Source of the DNA: Adineta vaga
Taxonomy: Eukaryota > Animalia > Rotifera
DNA: 64,000 nucleotides
Assembly (NCBI GenBank): GCA_021613535.1
Contig: CP075496.1
Coordinates: forward strand, 1,302,001 to 1,366,000
Reading direction: 5' to 3'
Part shown: positions 34,636-48,539 of the stretch, in pieces
Numbering within the stretch: position 1 is the first letter of the stretch
Layout of the letters: each line of letters opens with the position of its first letter
Program-made: the position numbers and the translations under genes
Notes under the pieces: model-generated
Databases searched by the model: none
What the model was told of the DNA's origin: nothing
The model's input: the letters and a program-made list of their open reading frames with translations, nothing else

Positions 34636-37084
34636 TGAAGAAAATTTTGGTTAGATATGTAAAAGATATCCCTGGTTGATTTTTTCCTTAATCGTATCTT
34701 TTTATACGAAAGAAATCAGTTCTACGAAGATAAGAAGGAGATCAGATTGAACAAAGGATTTCCAAGGACTGTAAAATAGGAACTCCTACAGTTATTTGAT
34801 TATCAAAATGAAAACAGGATCCTATTCGCAGTATTTTTCGTCCTATATCTATATGAATAAATAAAAATGTCTAGATGTGAAAAACATTGCAGAAGAAACA
34901 TCGCACTTTTTATTACGAACGGAAAAACAGTGAGCGAATCGATGGTCAATTCTCGATTCCCTCCGAAGAATTATTATAGAACTACTGATAATTCTTTGTC
35001 AGTTTAGGAATTCCTACTTATCAGTCCTTCGGTACCGCTAACAGTGTCAATAGAAACTGAAATAACAATAAAATCAAAAGATAGAATTTGCATAGAAATG
35101 GAATACATATAAGCTATTAAGCAAGAACATATGGTGTCATAACTATATCAATACCTTTCTATAGATAAAAGATACGTTAGGAAATAATCGACTGCTATTT
35201 TCTGTACTCAATAACCCATTATCAATTCTATGGAAATTATCAAAAGCGTAAGAATCAATTTCATCTCATTTTACACATACAAAGTCCTCATGTTCGTTGA
35301 TTAAGGCAAAGATTTTCTAGTTAATATGGACTAACGTAAGTTTTTTCTTCTTTCTTTCTTTTTACTTGCTGGACGAACACATCGAAACTTGATACTCTAC
35401 ATGTGAAGTCTCTATATTTCAAAACTCCTTCACCATGAAAAGAATTGAGAGTCTCAAGGAGAATAGATCGGTTTATTCGACTTGAGGAGAAAAACAAAAA
35501 ATGTGAATGAATGTATTCTCCGAGAATCAGAAAAAGAGCAGAAGCATAAAGAATGTTATTGCAGATAACATTCTCTCACGTAAGCAGAAAAAAAGGAGTA
35601 GCCATAATATACTATCGCTAACACTACGAGACCATGATCTCGAGACTAAAAGGTCGGGAATATATAAAGTTTCAATACCCGATTGATACTAACTATTATT
35701 TTATTCTTTAGAAAACATTTCGTTCGTTTACTTGTTTTTACGTATCTTCGCTTGTTCGATAATCGACATTTGCACAGCATTTCGTAGTTGAGTAAAACTC
35801 GAATACCATCTAGTTTCACAAAGTCATCAATAGAGAGAATTTTTTTTGCTTTATCCATCTAAACTGATAGAATTGTGTAAATAAGATCTAGTCTTATTCT
35901 TGCTAATTTAATGTATTTATCTGTTTTATATTCATGTTCACTTTTACTTCATTCCAAGAAAAAACTGGCTTATTTCCATTCATTTTAAAAGTCACTATGA
36001 CAGAACGATTAAACAAATGACCCTTCGTTGGATGGACTAGAAAGGCATCAGAATCTCAGTTTAGCGTCATAGTGTATCCTCACGAGAATAATTGAGACAG
36101 AACAACCAAGGTATTCAAGAAAAATATTAGTCGACAAAGATGAAAGTAGAACTCAGTGATATTCATCAGAATAGATCGCTAACTCATTTCCTTCTTCAAG
36201 AAAGATATTTGAGAGCGATAACAATCAAGCAGCTTTATTGTACGAGTATTCTGCAAGTTTAATTTAGTCGAGATCTTCAGTTGATTGATACTCGTTCGGG
36301 TGCATTATCGATGTACTGAACAGTATTGGTTAACTCATCAATAGTTCGTTCATTTCAATACCTTCTATTATCAAAGTTATTTGTTCATGATAAGACATAT
36401 AGATCTTATTAAAATGAGAAAAATGTATCTCAATAGTCCTTTTCGAACATTGTTGTGTCAAACCATAACATATGTAAAAAATCAGCAAATGGGAGATCGT
36501 TGATTGATCACACTAAACAATATTATGAACGGCTGATGGGTAACAAATCAACATAATCATGGTTCATTGCAGACTATAAATTCTATTTGTACTATAAAAT
36601 ATGTCGTCAAAAGTTGTTTTAATGACTCTTTTAGATATTGCACAGCTATGAAATAATTTTTATTTCTCATGATTAAAATAAATCAAAGTTGAACGAGAAT
36701 CTTTCCCTTTTCACTAACTTTTCATGATGAAGAATTATTCAAACAGAAGATTTCCTTGATTATCAATCTTATTAAATATGAGTTTTTGATTGGTAGATTG
36801 AAACATAAGAGAAATCTTTTGTCGTCGTTCTGTTGGTATACGACGTCGGTCGTGCAATACAAAATTTATCTTCATATATTTTGAAGGAACAAAATGAAAG
36901 AATACGACTCCTTCTCCCACATGAGTTACAACATTGATCAAAAGCAACTCAATGAGTGAGTGCCTATTTCTAATGTTTATAAAAATTTACTCTTATTTTT
37001 ATTTTTCTGTTTACAAACTAATATAAATCTTTATACTATTATCTGATACCTTCCCAATCGATACATGATAACAAGAATGAACAA

Positions 37085-37503
37085 ATTTTATAGATTATCA
37101 TTAAGAATTACATAAACAATTTGATGAAATTGAAGTTAATCGAGATCCTTGTCGACAAATACTTAATGACCATACCGATCATTCCGAAAAGCATTTATTA
37201 ATAAAACAGATTAATAAATGGGAAGAAGAATCTATTCAAATTATTCAACAAACAGGAAAAATATGTAGACAAATTTTATTTGAACATATAGCTAAAAATA
37301 TACATCAACTTGAAATGACTTTAACAAATTTGACTGATCAACTAAAAGAAATTCGCCAAGAAAATGATTTTAATGAAAGTGATTTATATCAATTTCAAGA
37401 AAAATTAAAACAATTGAGAGAAGAACTTGCTAAACCATTGAATGTCTCAATTGAACAAAGATCTAAATCACCCCTCCAGAACAGCAGCTCACTGGGCTTC
37501 TAA
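37085..37503 (+). pseudogene. Fragment of a coiled-coil gene (B-box-associated helical domain), 5'-truncated with an internal stop
   Basis: NFIDYH*ELHKQFDEIEVNRDPCRQIL...LIKQINKWEEESIQIIQQT...RQENDFNESDLYQFQEKLKQLREELAKP. No start exon or C-terminal domain is visible. Confidence 0.6.
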
Positions 37504-38231
37504 TGTGTCCAGAAAATTATAAGTCTAAAGGTGGGCTTTTATTCTGGATGGGAGGTTTACTCCAACTCATTCTGTTCTTGTTTGAGGGAGGTTGATGGAT
37601 TTTTTCCTTTCTCTACTATTATGCAGTTGATTTTTTTTTCTTGACGGCTATCATTCCTTGTATAGTATAGGTAGCTGTACACTCCACTGCTATATATCAG
37701 AAGGGTTAAAAGATCAAGTTTTGGGTTTCTTCATGTTTGAATACATTCGGTTTACAGAAGTTAACGCACATTAAATTCTCATAATAACTGTCGTCCTTTC
37801 ATTCCTGTCCTATTACTATTCTGTCATCCGACGTATTTATTCATTGATGTTTAGGTTAGTAGACTTCGGTTAGAGAAGTAGAAATGTTCTCAAGTAATCA
37901 ACAAATAAAAACTACAGGTGTCATGTATAGCCATATTAAGTTTAATCAATAGATCTTATAGGAAAAAATTGCGATGAGTCGACATGGATTTCAAGACAAC
38001 ATTGATATTTTACAGATGTCTTTTTTCTTGTTGAACCTGTCCTCTGTTGTCTGAAAAGTTTAGTTTTCACGAAATTCATTACTTCATCACTATCGATAGT
38101 GATTATTCTCGATTTTTCTACCATGAAAAGTTCGCATCAAGCTCGGTAAGTCGAACATTTGTCTAATTTTACACTAAAACAACCGACAACTGTTCAGCGA
38201 GATGTTATGACACTACATGTAGAACAGAGCA

Positions 38232-38298
38232 AACGATGAATTGAGCCTTGGAGTTACTGTGTACCAGATGGATGCTCTACCAACTGAGCAATCCAGCC
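38232..38298 (-). pseudogene. Degenerate tRNA-derived sequence (tRNA pseudogene or SINE head)
   Basis: GGCTGGATTGCTCAGTTGGTAGAGC has an intact D-arm/A box. It is followed by CTGGTA and a B-box-like GGCTCAATTC. Acceptor and anticodon stems do not pair. Confidence 0.6.
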
Positions 38299-39073
38299 AT
38301 GTATCCCCTCTATCATAGGATAACTATACAATTATTAATCATTTCCATTCGATTTGTTGAAACCTAAATAAAAAATATTCCTTCAATTTAGTTTCTTTTT
38401 TTTTCATTCAACTTTGATGATTTTTTTCTCTTTCTTTTGGGTATATAATTCAACTAAGATCATATACATTCTTTTCTCAATAATTTCTTTCAAGTGAACA
38501 TTTTGAAAATATTTACTAAATAGGAATACAATTCTATTTGACCTTGTTGCTTCATTGTAAAAACGACTCATTGAAAATTTTTCAAGAGTTGGTAATTCCA
38601 TTTGAATAAAACAATATATTCGATGTGTAAAAAGATCTTCATAGACAAGATAAATAAAATCGTTTACTTGTGTATATTTATCTAATACTTATCCTTGAAA
38701 TTGACAAAACAAATTTTTTTATTGTAAATGATCAACACACGTTAATATATTGTACAAGAAAGCGAAAAAAAAGCGGTTATTTTTAATCTTTCCAATAAAC
38801 ATGATTAGTTTGTACTTATCTTCTTTAGTTTTTCTTATTAACAACTAATCAAATGCATAGTCATTTATGTTTGAAGTACTTCTTCAGGCAATGCACGTAG
38901 ATTGGACCTTTATAATTAGAATTGCTTGCATGATAATCGTCTAAATGTTTATAAATATTAATAGAAACGTTTTGTTTTGTTTTTTTCTACATAATATTTA
39001 TTTAATTAATTGAATATTTTATTTCGATATTTACCAAGTCGATTATTTTCATGATAATCAATGGACGTCGAAA

Positions 39074-40464
39074 CTAAAATGAATGTAACGCTGATGATTG
39101 ATCAGTTTTTGTTTGTGATTTCGATCCCTTACGTGGAAATAATGGAATATCTGCTTGTTTGTAATAAATTTCATTTATATTTGGATTAATACGTGGACAA
39201 CATAAGGAAAAGATTTTTTCTAGACCATCTTTAAATGTTTCATTAAAATAACCATAAAAAAATGGATTTGTTATAGCCGATATCATACATATTAGAAAAC
39301 GTAATGGTAGATATATCGATAAATCATTAGTTTGTCCTGTTGAGGATGTATGACCTGTATCTTTAATTGGAGAGATTATATTTATTAGCAAGAAAGTTTA
39401 TGACTCTACCTGTATGATTTTGAAAACTACTGTTATATGTAAAAACTGTGTAAGAGATATTGAATGGTAACCAACTAATTGCATAGGATGTAACAATTAA
39501 TAATAGAAGAACGTTATTTCGTCGTTGTCGACGAACTTCATGACGTAATGAAGCAATATTATGACGTTTGATTAAAAATCGGTATCGAAAACCTAGAAAA
39601 TTACAAATATCTTTTATTCTAACCTTTATATTTAGAAGGAAGAAAATGATGTCGAAGAAGTTACATACGTTCTCTTAATTTGAGCATAACTTGATAATAT
39701 GTAATACAAATAATTGATATCGGAAGAATAAATTGAAGAAAAAAGATAAAGATTGTATAAATAAGACGCCAATTGCCATATTTCGGCCAAGATTCATAAC
39801 AAACATGTAAACCTCGAAGTGTTTTATAATGTTCATCAGCGCATGAACTATTCGATGAGTTTGTACAATACAATTCAATTATTTCCTCAATAAAAACATC
39901 ACCATAAACTTGTGATGAAAATGAATAAATAAAAAGTGGACTGGCTGCTACAATTGCCAATAACCAAATTCCAATCATCGTGAAAAATGTCATAAATGTT
40001 CCGATAAATTGTTTATGTGGATAGGAAACAACTAAATATCGATGAATGGATATAGCAACAATTGTTAATGATGAAACACAAACATTAATCGCAGGAAAAC
40101 TATCAGCTAATTTACAAAATGCTGGTGGAAATTTCATATAGATATTCAAACTTCGATAGGTATTCAATGGCATTGTAAATAAACATAAGACTAAATCACT
40201 TAATGCTAAATTAACGATAAAACTATTATATGGTCGATGAGAAAGATTTGATTTTCCCACACATGAAATGACAATAATAACGAGACTATTGCCAACAATA
40301 CCAAGAATACTTTCAATACTTGATATGATGATAAATGGAACGAATAACCATTTGGGAAAAGATGTAAATGATTTCGTATTGAGAAGAGATGGATCCGGTG
40401 AAATGAAATTTTTCATTGGTAAAGTTCGATTTTCGAATGAATGATTTCCGTTGATGAACTGCAT
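39074..40464 (-). CDS. Neuropeptide receptor, NPY/NPF/PrRP-type class A GPCR, 3 exons
   Basis: GIVGNSLV, FIVNLALSDLVLCLFTMP, FCK, VSSLTIVAISIHRYLVV, CYESWP, LQFILP, ISWLPFN, MISAITNPFFYGYFNETFK. Introns ~39668-39593 and ~39410-39357. Confidence 0.88.
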
Positions 40465-41470
40465 TTATCTAAAGAAGTGACAGAATCAACAGTTTTTATA
40501 TTTTGTCCTCGTTAATTGTAAAGAAAGAGGAAAAGCAAAAGAAGAAAGTTTGCTTTAAGCACTTATCAACTTTGATGGTACTGAAGTTTTCTTTTTCTAT
40601 TATTCTCTCAATCTCTTAACTCAACCTACTTCCTTCTTAAATCTATATTCTTTACCATTGTTAACAAAAGAAAATGTTTGTCGTCCCTGCACTTGTTTTT
40701 GATTACAACAACAAGAATATTTCCCTTCTTTAGATATCTCATACCGATCTGGAAAAGACGAGAAGAAGTTCATTGTATTTATCTGGATGATAATAACATA
40801 TTTGACTTGTTCTTTTATGGTTGATTATTATTTATGAGACAAGATTAGAAAATTGTATATACAAAAGAATTTGTTTTTTTCATAGTACTGATCCTGAAAA
40901 GAAGAAAAGAAAGAAAAAGAAAATATAGAACTAATTTAATTAACCAACAAACTTACCGTATTTCCATAATTTTATTTTTTCTATAGAAAAGAAAAAAAAT
41001 TCACACTGATCCAAAGATTTCTATCAATATGAAAGTAGACATTCTTTAGGAAATAAAAATCTTTGAAACGAATAAGAACAACAACTATAATTAACAATGT
41101 TTTCTTTCTCAAACCTATATATCATTAGTAATCAAGTCAAAAAGATGTATAATTAAACTTGCATGTTGAGGAGAAAAAGAATCGTCCTTGATTCATTCTC
41201 ATAAGAAGAAGAATTGCCATGAAAATCTCTCAGGACAATGGTTTCAATAGAACAGCCTATGAATTCATGTCAGAAAGCAAAAGATCATATTCAATATTCT
41301 CCTAAACTCAACGACTGTTATGTCGTGGGAGAGAAATAGATTCGTTTTCATTCTTTTAATATTAGTTTTATTTGATCTCCAACAACTTTCTTCCTTTTAC
41401 ATTGTTCAAACAGAATTTTATTGATTAAGAAACAGAAAAGAAAACTGATGAAGTTAGTCGAGTTTTAAGA

Positions 41471-43065
41471 TTATTTTCTTCCACTTTTAGGTGTTCGTGG
41501 TGGAGGACGAGGTGTAGTAGTTAGATTATTCAAATCCATTTCTGCTAAAAATGCTAGAAAAAAATAAAAATAATATATATATGAGATGAAAATACAAGTT
41601 CATTCTGATTAATAAACTCACATGCAACATTTGCATAGTATGGAGCAAAGAATTCTTCGGCTTCTTTGATTTTATTAGTGAATAATTCACGTGCATTAGC
41701 ATGCGTTTGATTTTCATCAAACCATTTCAATGTATCTTTCGTATATTTTTCCATTTTTTTCTACAAATAAAATAAAATAGTCATTGTCTCGAAAATTCAT
41801 TTACTAAGAATTACTTTATCATCTTTTTTCAATTTATCTAAATTTTTTACTGGATCAACAATGAAATCTTTCGCATCGTTGATAATACGTGTGAGTTTAT
41901 TTCGTATAGCTAGAAGAAAAATAGTTCTTTTTTTTAAATAGAATAATCTTTATCTTTTATAAAAAAAAAAAAGATTAATAAAATGAATCAGATTAGAAAA
42001 TACAAAAGATAATTGTCTTACCGATCCATTCCAGGTATTCAACTAATTCATTATGATGATATCGACGTGCTATATCTATCGGCTTTTCTCCATTAACTGT
42101 TTCTTGATCAATATCACCTCCTACTGCTATAATACTCTTAATCGTTTCTAATTGATTCCAAGCACAAGCAAGATGTAAACATGAATATCCTAAATAATTA
42201 TTTTTCTAGATAAAACTCATTATCTTATTTCGTCTTTACCTGCTCCATTGGTTAAATTAATTGCATCAGTTGTCATTGCTGTACTTTTTTCTGCTAATAA
42301 TTTTACAATATCAGGATGACCAAGCATGGCAGCAAGATCTAAACATGTTCGTGTTTGATCATTTCGTACTTGTAATAAATGATGATATTGAATTGCTTCA
42401 TAACGAAGATTTTCAACATTTTTTGTAGGTGCTGTTAAAATTTCATTGAGAATTGGTAGATCTCCATGAGAAGATGAATGAAATAATGTTTCCGTTAATT
42501 CAGGTACATTTATTTGTTCAATTAATAATGTACGATCAATTGTACTTTTCTATTAAGAATCGTTCGATTTATTTAGAAAGAATTCATTCAATTGATCTTA
42601 CCCTTTTTGCGTCCTTTGGGGGCTAAAAATATATACAAATAAACAAACTTAATTAATATTTCTTTTATCAAAAAAAAACTAAATGACAAGATAAACAGCG
42701 ACAATAGATTCAACTAATCGGCTTAAATAATGTTATTTTCAGAATATTCATTTTTCTAGTAGAAGTCTATCTTTCTCTTTCAATTAAACAAAATTTTTTG
42801 TCAGAATAAAATCCAATAAATTAATGAGCAAAATACGCAGAATTTCTTCTTCTTCTCACATTTAAACAGTAAACACGAAAAAAAGACAGACTTCCTGATA
42901 GAAATAATTCAATGACATTCGGAAATTTAATGAATATGATTAGGTTTATTAGACTTATTGATAAGTATAAGCTGACCCTTATAAAACCGGATATTATTCA
43001 TTCAATGTTCAAGTTAAACTCAAAAGGATTAACATATAACCTATGAAATTTCTGTCACTTACCAT
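41471..43065 (-). CDS. ANKRD45: Ankyrin repeat protein, ANKRD45-like, multi-exon (first coding exon is ATG only)
   Basis: Spliced M|PPKDAKR|...RTCLDLAAMLGHPDIVKLL...GYSCLHLACAWNQLETIK...GEKPIDIARRYHHNELVEYLEWI...KDFIVDPVKNLDKLKKDDK. ATG|gtaagt at 43065-43063. Confidence 0.75.
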
Positions 43066-43134
43066 TGAAACTGAATGTGACAAGTGAAATTTGTATTGTT
43101 GTTAGATGTCGCATCATTCTCCATTTTCATTTCC

Positions 43135-43149
43135 GTAACTCTTAGCAAC
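43135..43149. promoter_or_regulatory. Putative RFX X-box in the ANKRD45/SRSF7 divergent promoter
   Basis: GTAACTCTTAGCAAC, ~70 bp upstream of the ANKRD45-like ATG. Confidence 0.45.
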
Positions 43150-43461
43150 ATATAATGAACCTCAATCGAGAAAATTAATTCAAATTTTCTTAAAAATCAA
43201 TTCTAATCAAGTTTAGATTAAAAACTTTTTCTCAAAAAAAAACTATTCGATCAAAACGATCGTTGAATAAACTAATTACTTATTGACTCATAGAAATTGT
43301 ATCGTTAATAGACCATGAAGAAAATTCAGTCGTTTTCTTTTCTCTCGTTCTTTGTACTGTATATAATATCACCTTGATGAAAAATGAAGAGAATATACAT
43401 TTATCATTTGTTGATTGTAACCCTGATCATATGTGCATTTAGATTGGATTATTGAAGGCAA

Positions 43462-44931
43462 ATGTCGCGTGAACGCGATGGATCTGTAACGGTATTGATT
43501 TAAGAGACAGATTTTGTTTTTTTTATAATGATTTTTTTGAATAAAAGGTTTACGTAGGAGATTTATCACGAAATGCATCAGAAGAAGAAATCGAGAAAGC
43601 ATTTAGTTATTATGGAACAGTAAAAAGTGTTTGGTAAGAAAGTCAATGAAAGTTTTCTTTTCAGTTTGAACAGTTATACATTGTCTATTAGGATATCAAA
43701 GAATCCATCTGGATATGGTAAAAATTAATATTGACAAATGAATTGATTTTCAAGAGTTCTATTGTAGGTTTTGTTGATTTTCAAAATCAACGTGATGCTG
43801 TTGATGCAGTGAAAGGTCTTGATGGAAAGTAAGTATGATTGATTTCTGGTGATGATTAAAAATAAATGTGTTGACCATTTAGAGTATTATGTAGTAGACG
43901 TATTCGTGTAGAATTTTCCCATGGACGTAAACGAGGTAGACGAGAACAAGAAAATCGACGAAGATCACGTAGTCAATCATTGCCTCAAAGAAGACGCTTT
44001 AGTCCGCGTGATGTTTGTTTTGAATGTGGAGGTACGTTCTTTCGCATTAATTATTCAGTTTATTAAGATAATAGATGTGATTTATTCATAGAATATTACT
44101 TTTTTTTAAAGAAGAATGTGAGATTAAAAGTTAAAATTACTTTCCGGAAGGTTCTATGAATAAATATTTGAGTACACGTACAGATTTGAATGTCCTTCTA
44201 GAATAATAGAAATTTATCATAGCTAAAAGGCTTCTTCAAGGATTCAGTACTCAATATCGAAATCCAATGTCCTATCAATCATTTTGATTGTTCAATTGGA
44301 ATTTAATGAGAAAATTTTCTAGTTTAATTTCATTTTTATTTTCTAGATCGTGGTCATTATGCGTATGATTGTCCAGTTCGAATGAGACATCGACAACGTG
44401 AGAAGTAAGACAAAAATCTGTTCTTATGGTATATGTTCTTCAATACGAATATCCAAGTTTTGCATTAGATTATTTCTAAATCTCCACATAAAAAAGACGA
44501 AAGTATCTGTTTTTAGTTCACATGCATATTGAAGAAAAGAGACGCTAATACGAACGAACGATTGATACTTTATTCCTAGATCACGATTTACAAAGAATTC
44601 GTTAAGATATCAGAATATTCCACACTTGATTTCATAACAAAAATCGTAGAATCCCTCCTGATAAAGTAGGTCATTCATTGTTCAGTTATTCGAAAACTTT
44701 CTTTTTCCTTCAATAAAAATCAACTAAACCTACAAGCTTATAGGTCAAGATCAAGAAGTCGCAGTCCACGACGACAACGCACTAAACGTTCATCGCCCAG
44801 ACGTTCCAAACGGTAAGGAATCTTATGACTTTTGTTTTGATTTCAAACAAATTTCTCTTTATATTTATAGAGAACGTCGACGTAGTCGATCGAAAAGTCA
44901 TTCTCAATCATCCTCATCATCTCGCAACTGA
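43462..44931 (+). CDS. SRSF7: SR splicing factor SRSF7/9G8-like (RRM + CCHC zinc knuckle + RS domain), 8 exons
   Basis: VYVGDLSRNASEEEIEKAFSYYG..VWISKNPSGYGFVDF..RDAVDAVKGLDG..IRVEFSHG; CFECGDRGHYAYDC; RSRSRSP. TGA at 44929-44931. Confidence 0.9.
44580..44665 (+). other. Candidate poison (premature-stop) cassette exon in the SRSF7-like gene
   Basis: tag|ATCACGA...ATAAA|gtagg inside the ~340-nt intron after the zinc-knuckle exon. In frame it reads SRFTKNSLRYQNIPHLIS* (TAA 44635-44637). Confidence 0.5.
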
Positions 44932-45474
44932 TCCTAGATCCACATCTATACCAATTACAACACGATTTATCCTTCTTTTTCTCTCAACGATTCGATAAAT
45001 ACCTTTTGGTCTTTCTCTATGAAAGAAGTTTCTATTTAATGCAAGTTTTATATGTTATCAATTGTTTTTTTTATGTGATGAAATAAAGTCCATAGCTGAT
45101 TATTTTCTCATCAAAATATCTTAATGAATGAGTAGGGTTAAAGTATTGTTTAAGTTATTTCAAGGAGAATATCTTTGTCAAAGAAAAAAAGAACCAGAGA
45201 GAGAGAGAGAACATAAAGAGATCGATGTACTAAGTACTGTCGTGTTCTTCGTCGTTTTTTTTTCTTCTGTAGTTTTAATGTCTTTGGTCAAGGAGAGAAA
45301 GAAGAAGAAGAAAAAGTAAGAGAATTTATTTGTTGGTTCCATTGCGCAAGAGAAAGGAAGAGAGAGAGAGAGAGCGAGAGAGCGAGAAGTATTTTTTCAC
45401 ACGAGCTCATTTTAAAACAATCATTCTTATTCTCGGTGTGTATATGTGCAGCATTTGCAGCTAATCTTTAAGCA

Positions 45475-47111
45475 ATGTCGACTGTTGTTTCGCTTCTTTT
45501 CCTATTTCTCATTACACTATGGATCGTTTATGGCCAAAATCATATTACAGGTAAGTAAAGTACAAAAGAGAAAAGAGCACATACCGAAGAAAATTGGTTC
45601 CGCTGTCTGTATGTACATGTTCAGCAGCTGATACCGATCAAATTTCAATCGAAATTAATGACCTTTAAGTAAAAAGTTCGATGTTTGTCCAATATTTTAC
45701 TCCGTAACATATCAGATTATCTTTCTTGAACACATTTTACTAAATTGATGTTAATACTCTACAATTGAGATTAATAGTTACACACTAAGACATGTATAGG
45801 CCATCATCAAGATGTTTGCATAGGCAATAGAAAGAGAATGAATTCTTTTACAATCTATACGATATATATGTATGTTTCTACTTGAAAAGGCTCATTGAAG
45901 ATATTAGGTGTCAATCGTATCATTTTGTTCAAAAGTGTTAAATTGCTTGGATTTCTTGAAGAAAAAGAAAAGATTGCTCTTTATACTCTCATTAGCATTT
46001 TAATATGAAATAATCTTTAAATAAATCATTTCATCCTTCTAGTAATCAGTCAAGCAGATGATCCGAATTGTGCAAAATGCGACACTCGTGCTGTGTGCAT
46101 ACGTTTATCTAATGGAAGTGGTGTCAGCTGCGTATGTCTTCCGGGTTTTGCTCTTTCTTCCTCAACAGGACGTTGTGTGCTTCAAGGTAAGAGGTTTTTT
46201 GTTACATAACATTTCCTTTCATATTCCCGCCAAAAGAGCGTAAAACAAAATTCCAACATCCGTTGAACAATCATATTCAATAATTATATATATAGAGAGA
46301 AAGATGTGTATACATATATATGTCATTTTTTTTAATAGAAATACCGCAAAATGGCATCTGCGACAGCCGTTATGAATGTTTTAATGGAGGTCGGTCATTT
46401 TTCTTCTCTTTTTTTGATATGCTTGAATTGATCGATTAGAAGTAAATCGTATTTATATTCAAGGTTTTTGTTCAAATGTCACAAATAAATGTGTATGTTC
46501 ATCTGGCTATGGAGGTTTAATGTGTGAATTGGATATCAATGAATGTGCTACTAATGAACGGATTTGTGGATCATTTACTTGTACAAATTTACCGGGCGAT
46601 TATAAATGTGATTGTGATTTTTTTCATTCGGGAAAACGTTGTCAAAATAGTAAGATAGGTTTTTCTATTTAAATATAAATTTTATCTATTTCTCATTTGT
46701 AAAGTTAGTGGTATTGGTATATTCGTAGTAGTTATATCTTCAATTCTTGTTTTGTTAATCATTGGTTTTCTTATTCTATTTGGTATTCGAACACTTCTGT
46801 CATATCGATTATCGAAACGAGTATCCAGGTAGAATTTGTTTGAATAATGTTTGTTTTGAAAAAAAGATCGATTTTTTACTTTTAGAGAACGTGAACTTCA
46901 ATTACAAAATCCATGTATGGCAACATTAACTGCTGGTGGTATGATGGGAGATGATCCATTAGGAAATGGTTCGTCATTTGTACGTCCGATTGGTCATCGA
47001 ATATATGTTCCAATGGATACAAGTTTTGCTCATGCAACTCGTGTTCAAGCAGAACGAGATGATGATGATAAAAAGCAATTTCCACTTCCACCACCCAAAT
47101 ATAATTCTTAA
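45475..47111 (+). CDS. Type I membrane protein with three EGF-like domains (one Ca-binding) and a PPxY tail, 6 exons
   Basis: Signal peptide MSTVVSLLFLFLITLWIVYG; CVCLPGF; CFNGGFC..CVCSSGYGGLMCE; DINEC..CTNLPGDYKCDC; TM GIGIFVVVISSILVLLIIGFLILFGI; ends PPPKYNS*. Confidence 0.82.
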
Positions 47112-48539
47112 CATCAATAATTGATCCACCTGTGACGATATGCATATGTTTGTTATGCTCTTATTTTAATAATATGAGAGAAAAAAAAGAAAACCTATTT
47201 ATTTTTTTTTGTCATTTAAAATATTTTTCTTTTGAAGAAATAAGAAAATTTTATTCGGTATTTAATTTCTTTTTCTTTGTTTGAAGTAGAAGTTATTGAA
47301 TAATGAAATATTTAATCTGTAAGAATTATATTCGCATCAATGGTTATGTTCTTATCATTAGATAACATTCGAAATAGTAAGATGACTATCAACATTAGTT
47401 TTAAAAGATATTCTTTCACCTTTCTAAGAAATTATGGGTTTTCATTTTGTGGGAAATGAATGTTATCTGTAGTTTCCCTTATATAATTATGTGTGATTTG
47501 TTCTTGTTTAGACACAATCCATCCGGAGTAGCTTCTTTCCGTCCATATGAAACAAGTAAGATGAATTTTAGTTGATAATGACGTTTATGAAGTAAAATTC
47601 TAAGAATTGATTTGAATGTGTCGTTGTCAATCCTATTAGAACTAATCCGTTGAATAAGAAAAGTTATGCAATAGAAATCTACAGTTCAATCCTTGAACAC
47701 ATCATTCCATTAATCAACGGAAGACATACTTTTCTTTTCTTTCCTCTTCTCTTATACCTATGTGACATGACTTCAATCTCAAAATCTAAATCATTGAACA
47801 TTTGTATGACTTCTATACATAAATTCACTCAGTTTAAGAAATCAACATTCATCTCATCCCCTTATGATGGAAATTTGCTTTTAAAAGTAATTTCTTTGAT
47901 TATATTTACATTTACTTGAACAGGAAATCGAGACGATTGAATAACAATGCTAAATAATGTGATAAGAATTCATAAACTAAACATTTCTTAGTCGTCTGAT
48001 TCAATGCGATTCCGTGCAAACACAAACAGTAAGTATAATCATATACAGTGTGTCTAATTTAGCAATCCAGAAACACTTTTCTGTGAAAAATTGGAGTTTC
48101 ATTATAGATGTCACTATTCATCGTCTTATTCAAAGTAAAGAAACTTTATCTTCGTTTATCAATGGTTTTATCAATTGATCAATGACAATTTCCTATATTG
48201 AACCCTTCTTCTCAAAATCATAACACTTCACTAAAAGCTTTCCTCGTATTCCTTGTACACAAAGGTATTTATAAGCATGTTTTAGAATTGAATATCTTCA
48301 CAACAGAGTAGTTCAATAGTGACTGACTCATGGGAAATTCGTGTAGAAGAATTAATCTAAACATCTTAGAAGAAAAAGTTGTTATTGTTATTGTTTTTCT
48401 TTGAGTTGTAAGTGATGTTCTTTTTCTTTGACTATTTATATAATTAAAATTTGTTAAGAAAAAGAAATAAACGATGATGTATATTCAATTTTTATCCGAA
48501 TAAGACGAAAAAAAAGGAAAGAGTTTGATCGATTTCATT

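Noticed and set aside
35646-38124. Short ORFs (35646-35858, 36735-36947, 37942-38124) as transposase remnants
   Set aside because: No DDE, RT or other motif, and no terminal repeats recognisable by eye.
38232-38298. Functional tRNA gene
   Set aside because: Acceptor, anticodon and T stems do not pair; kept only as a derived relic.
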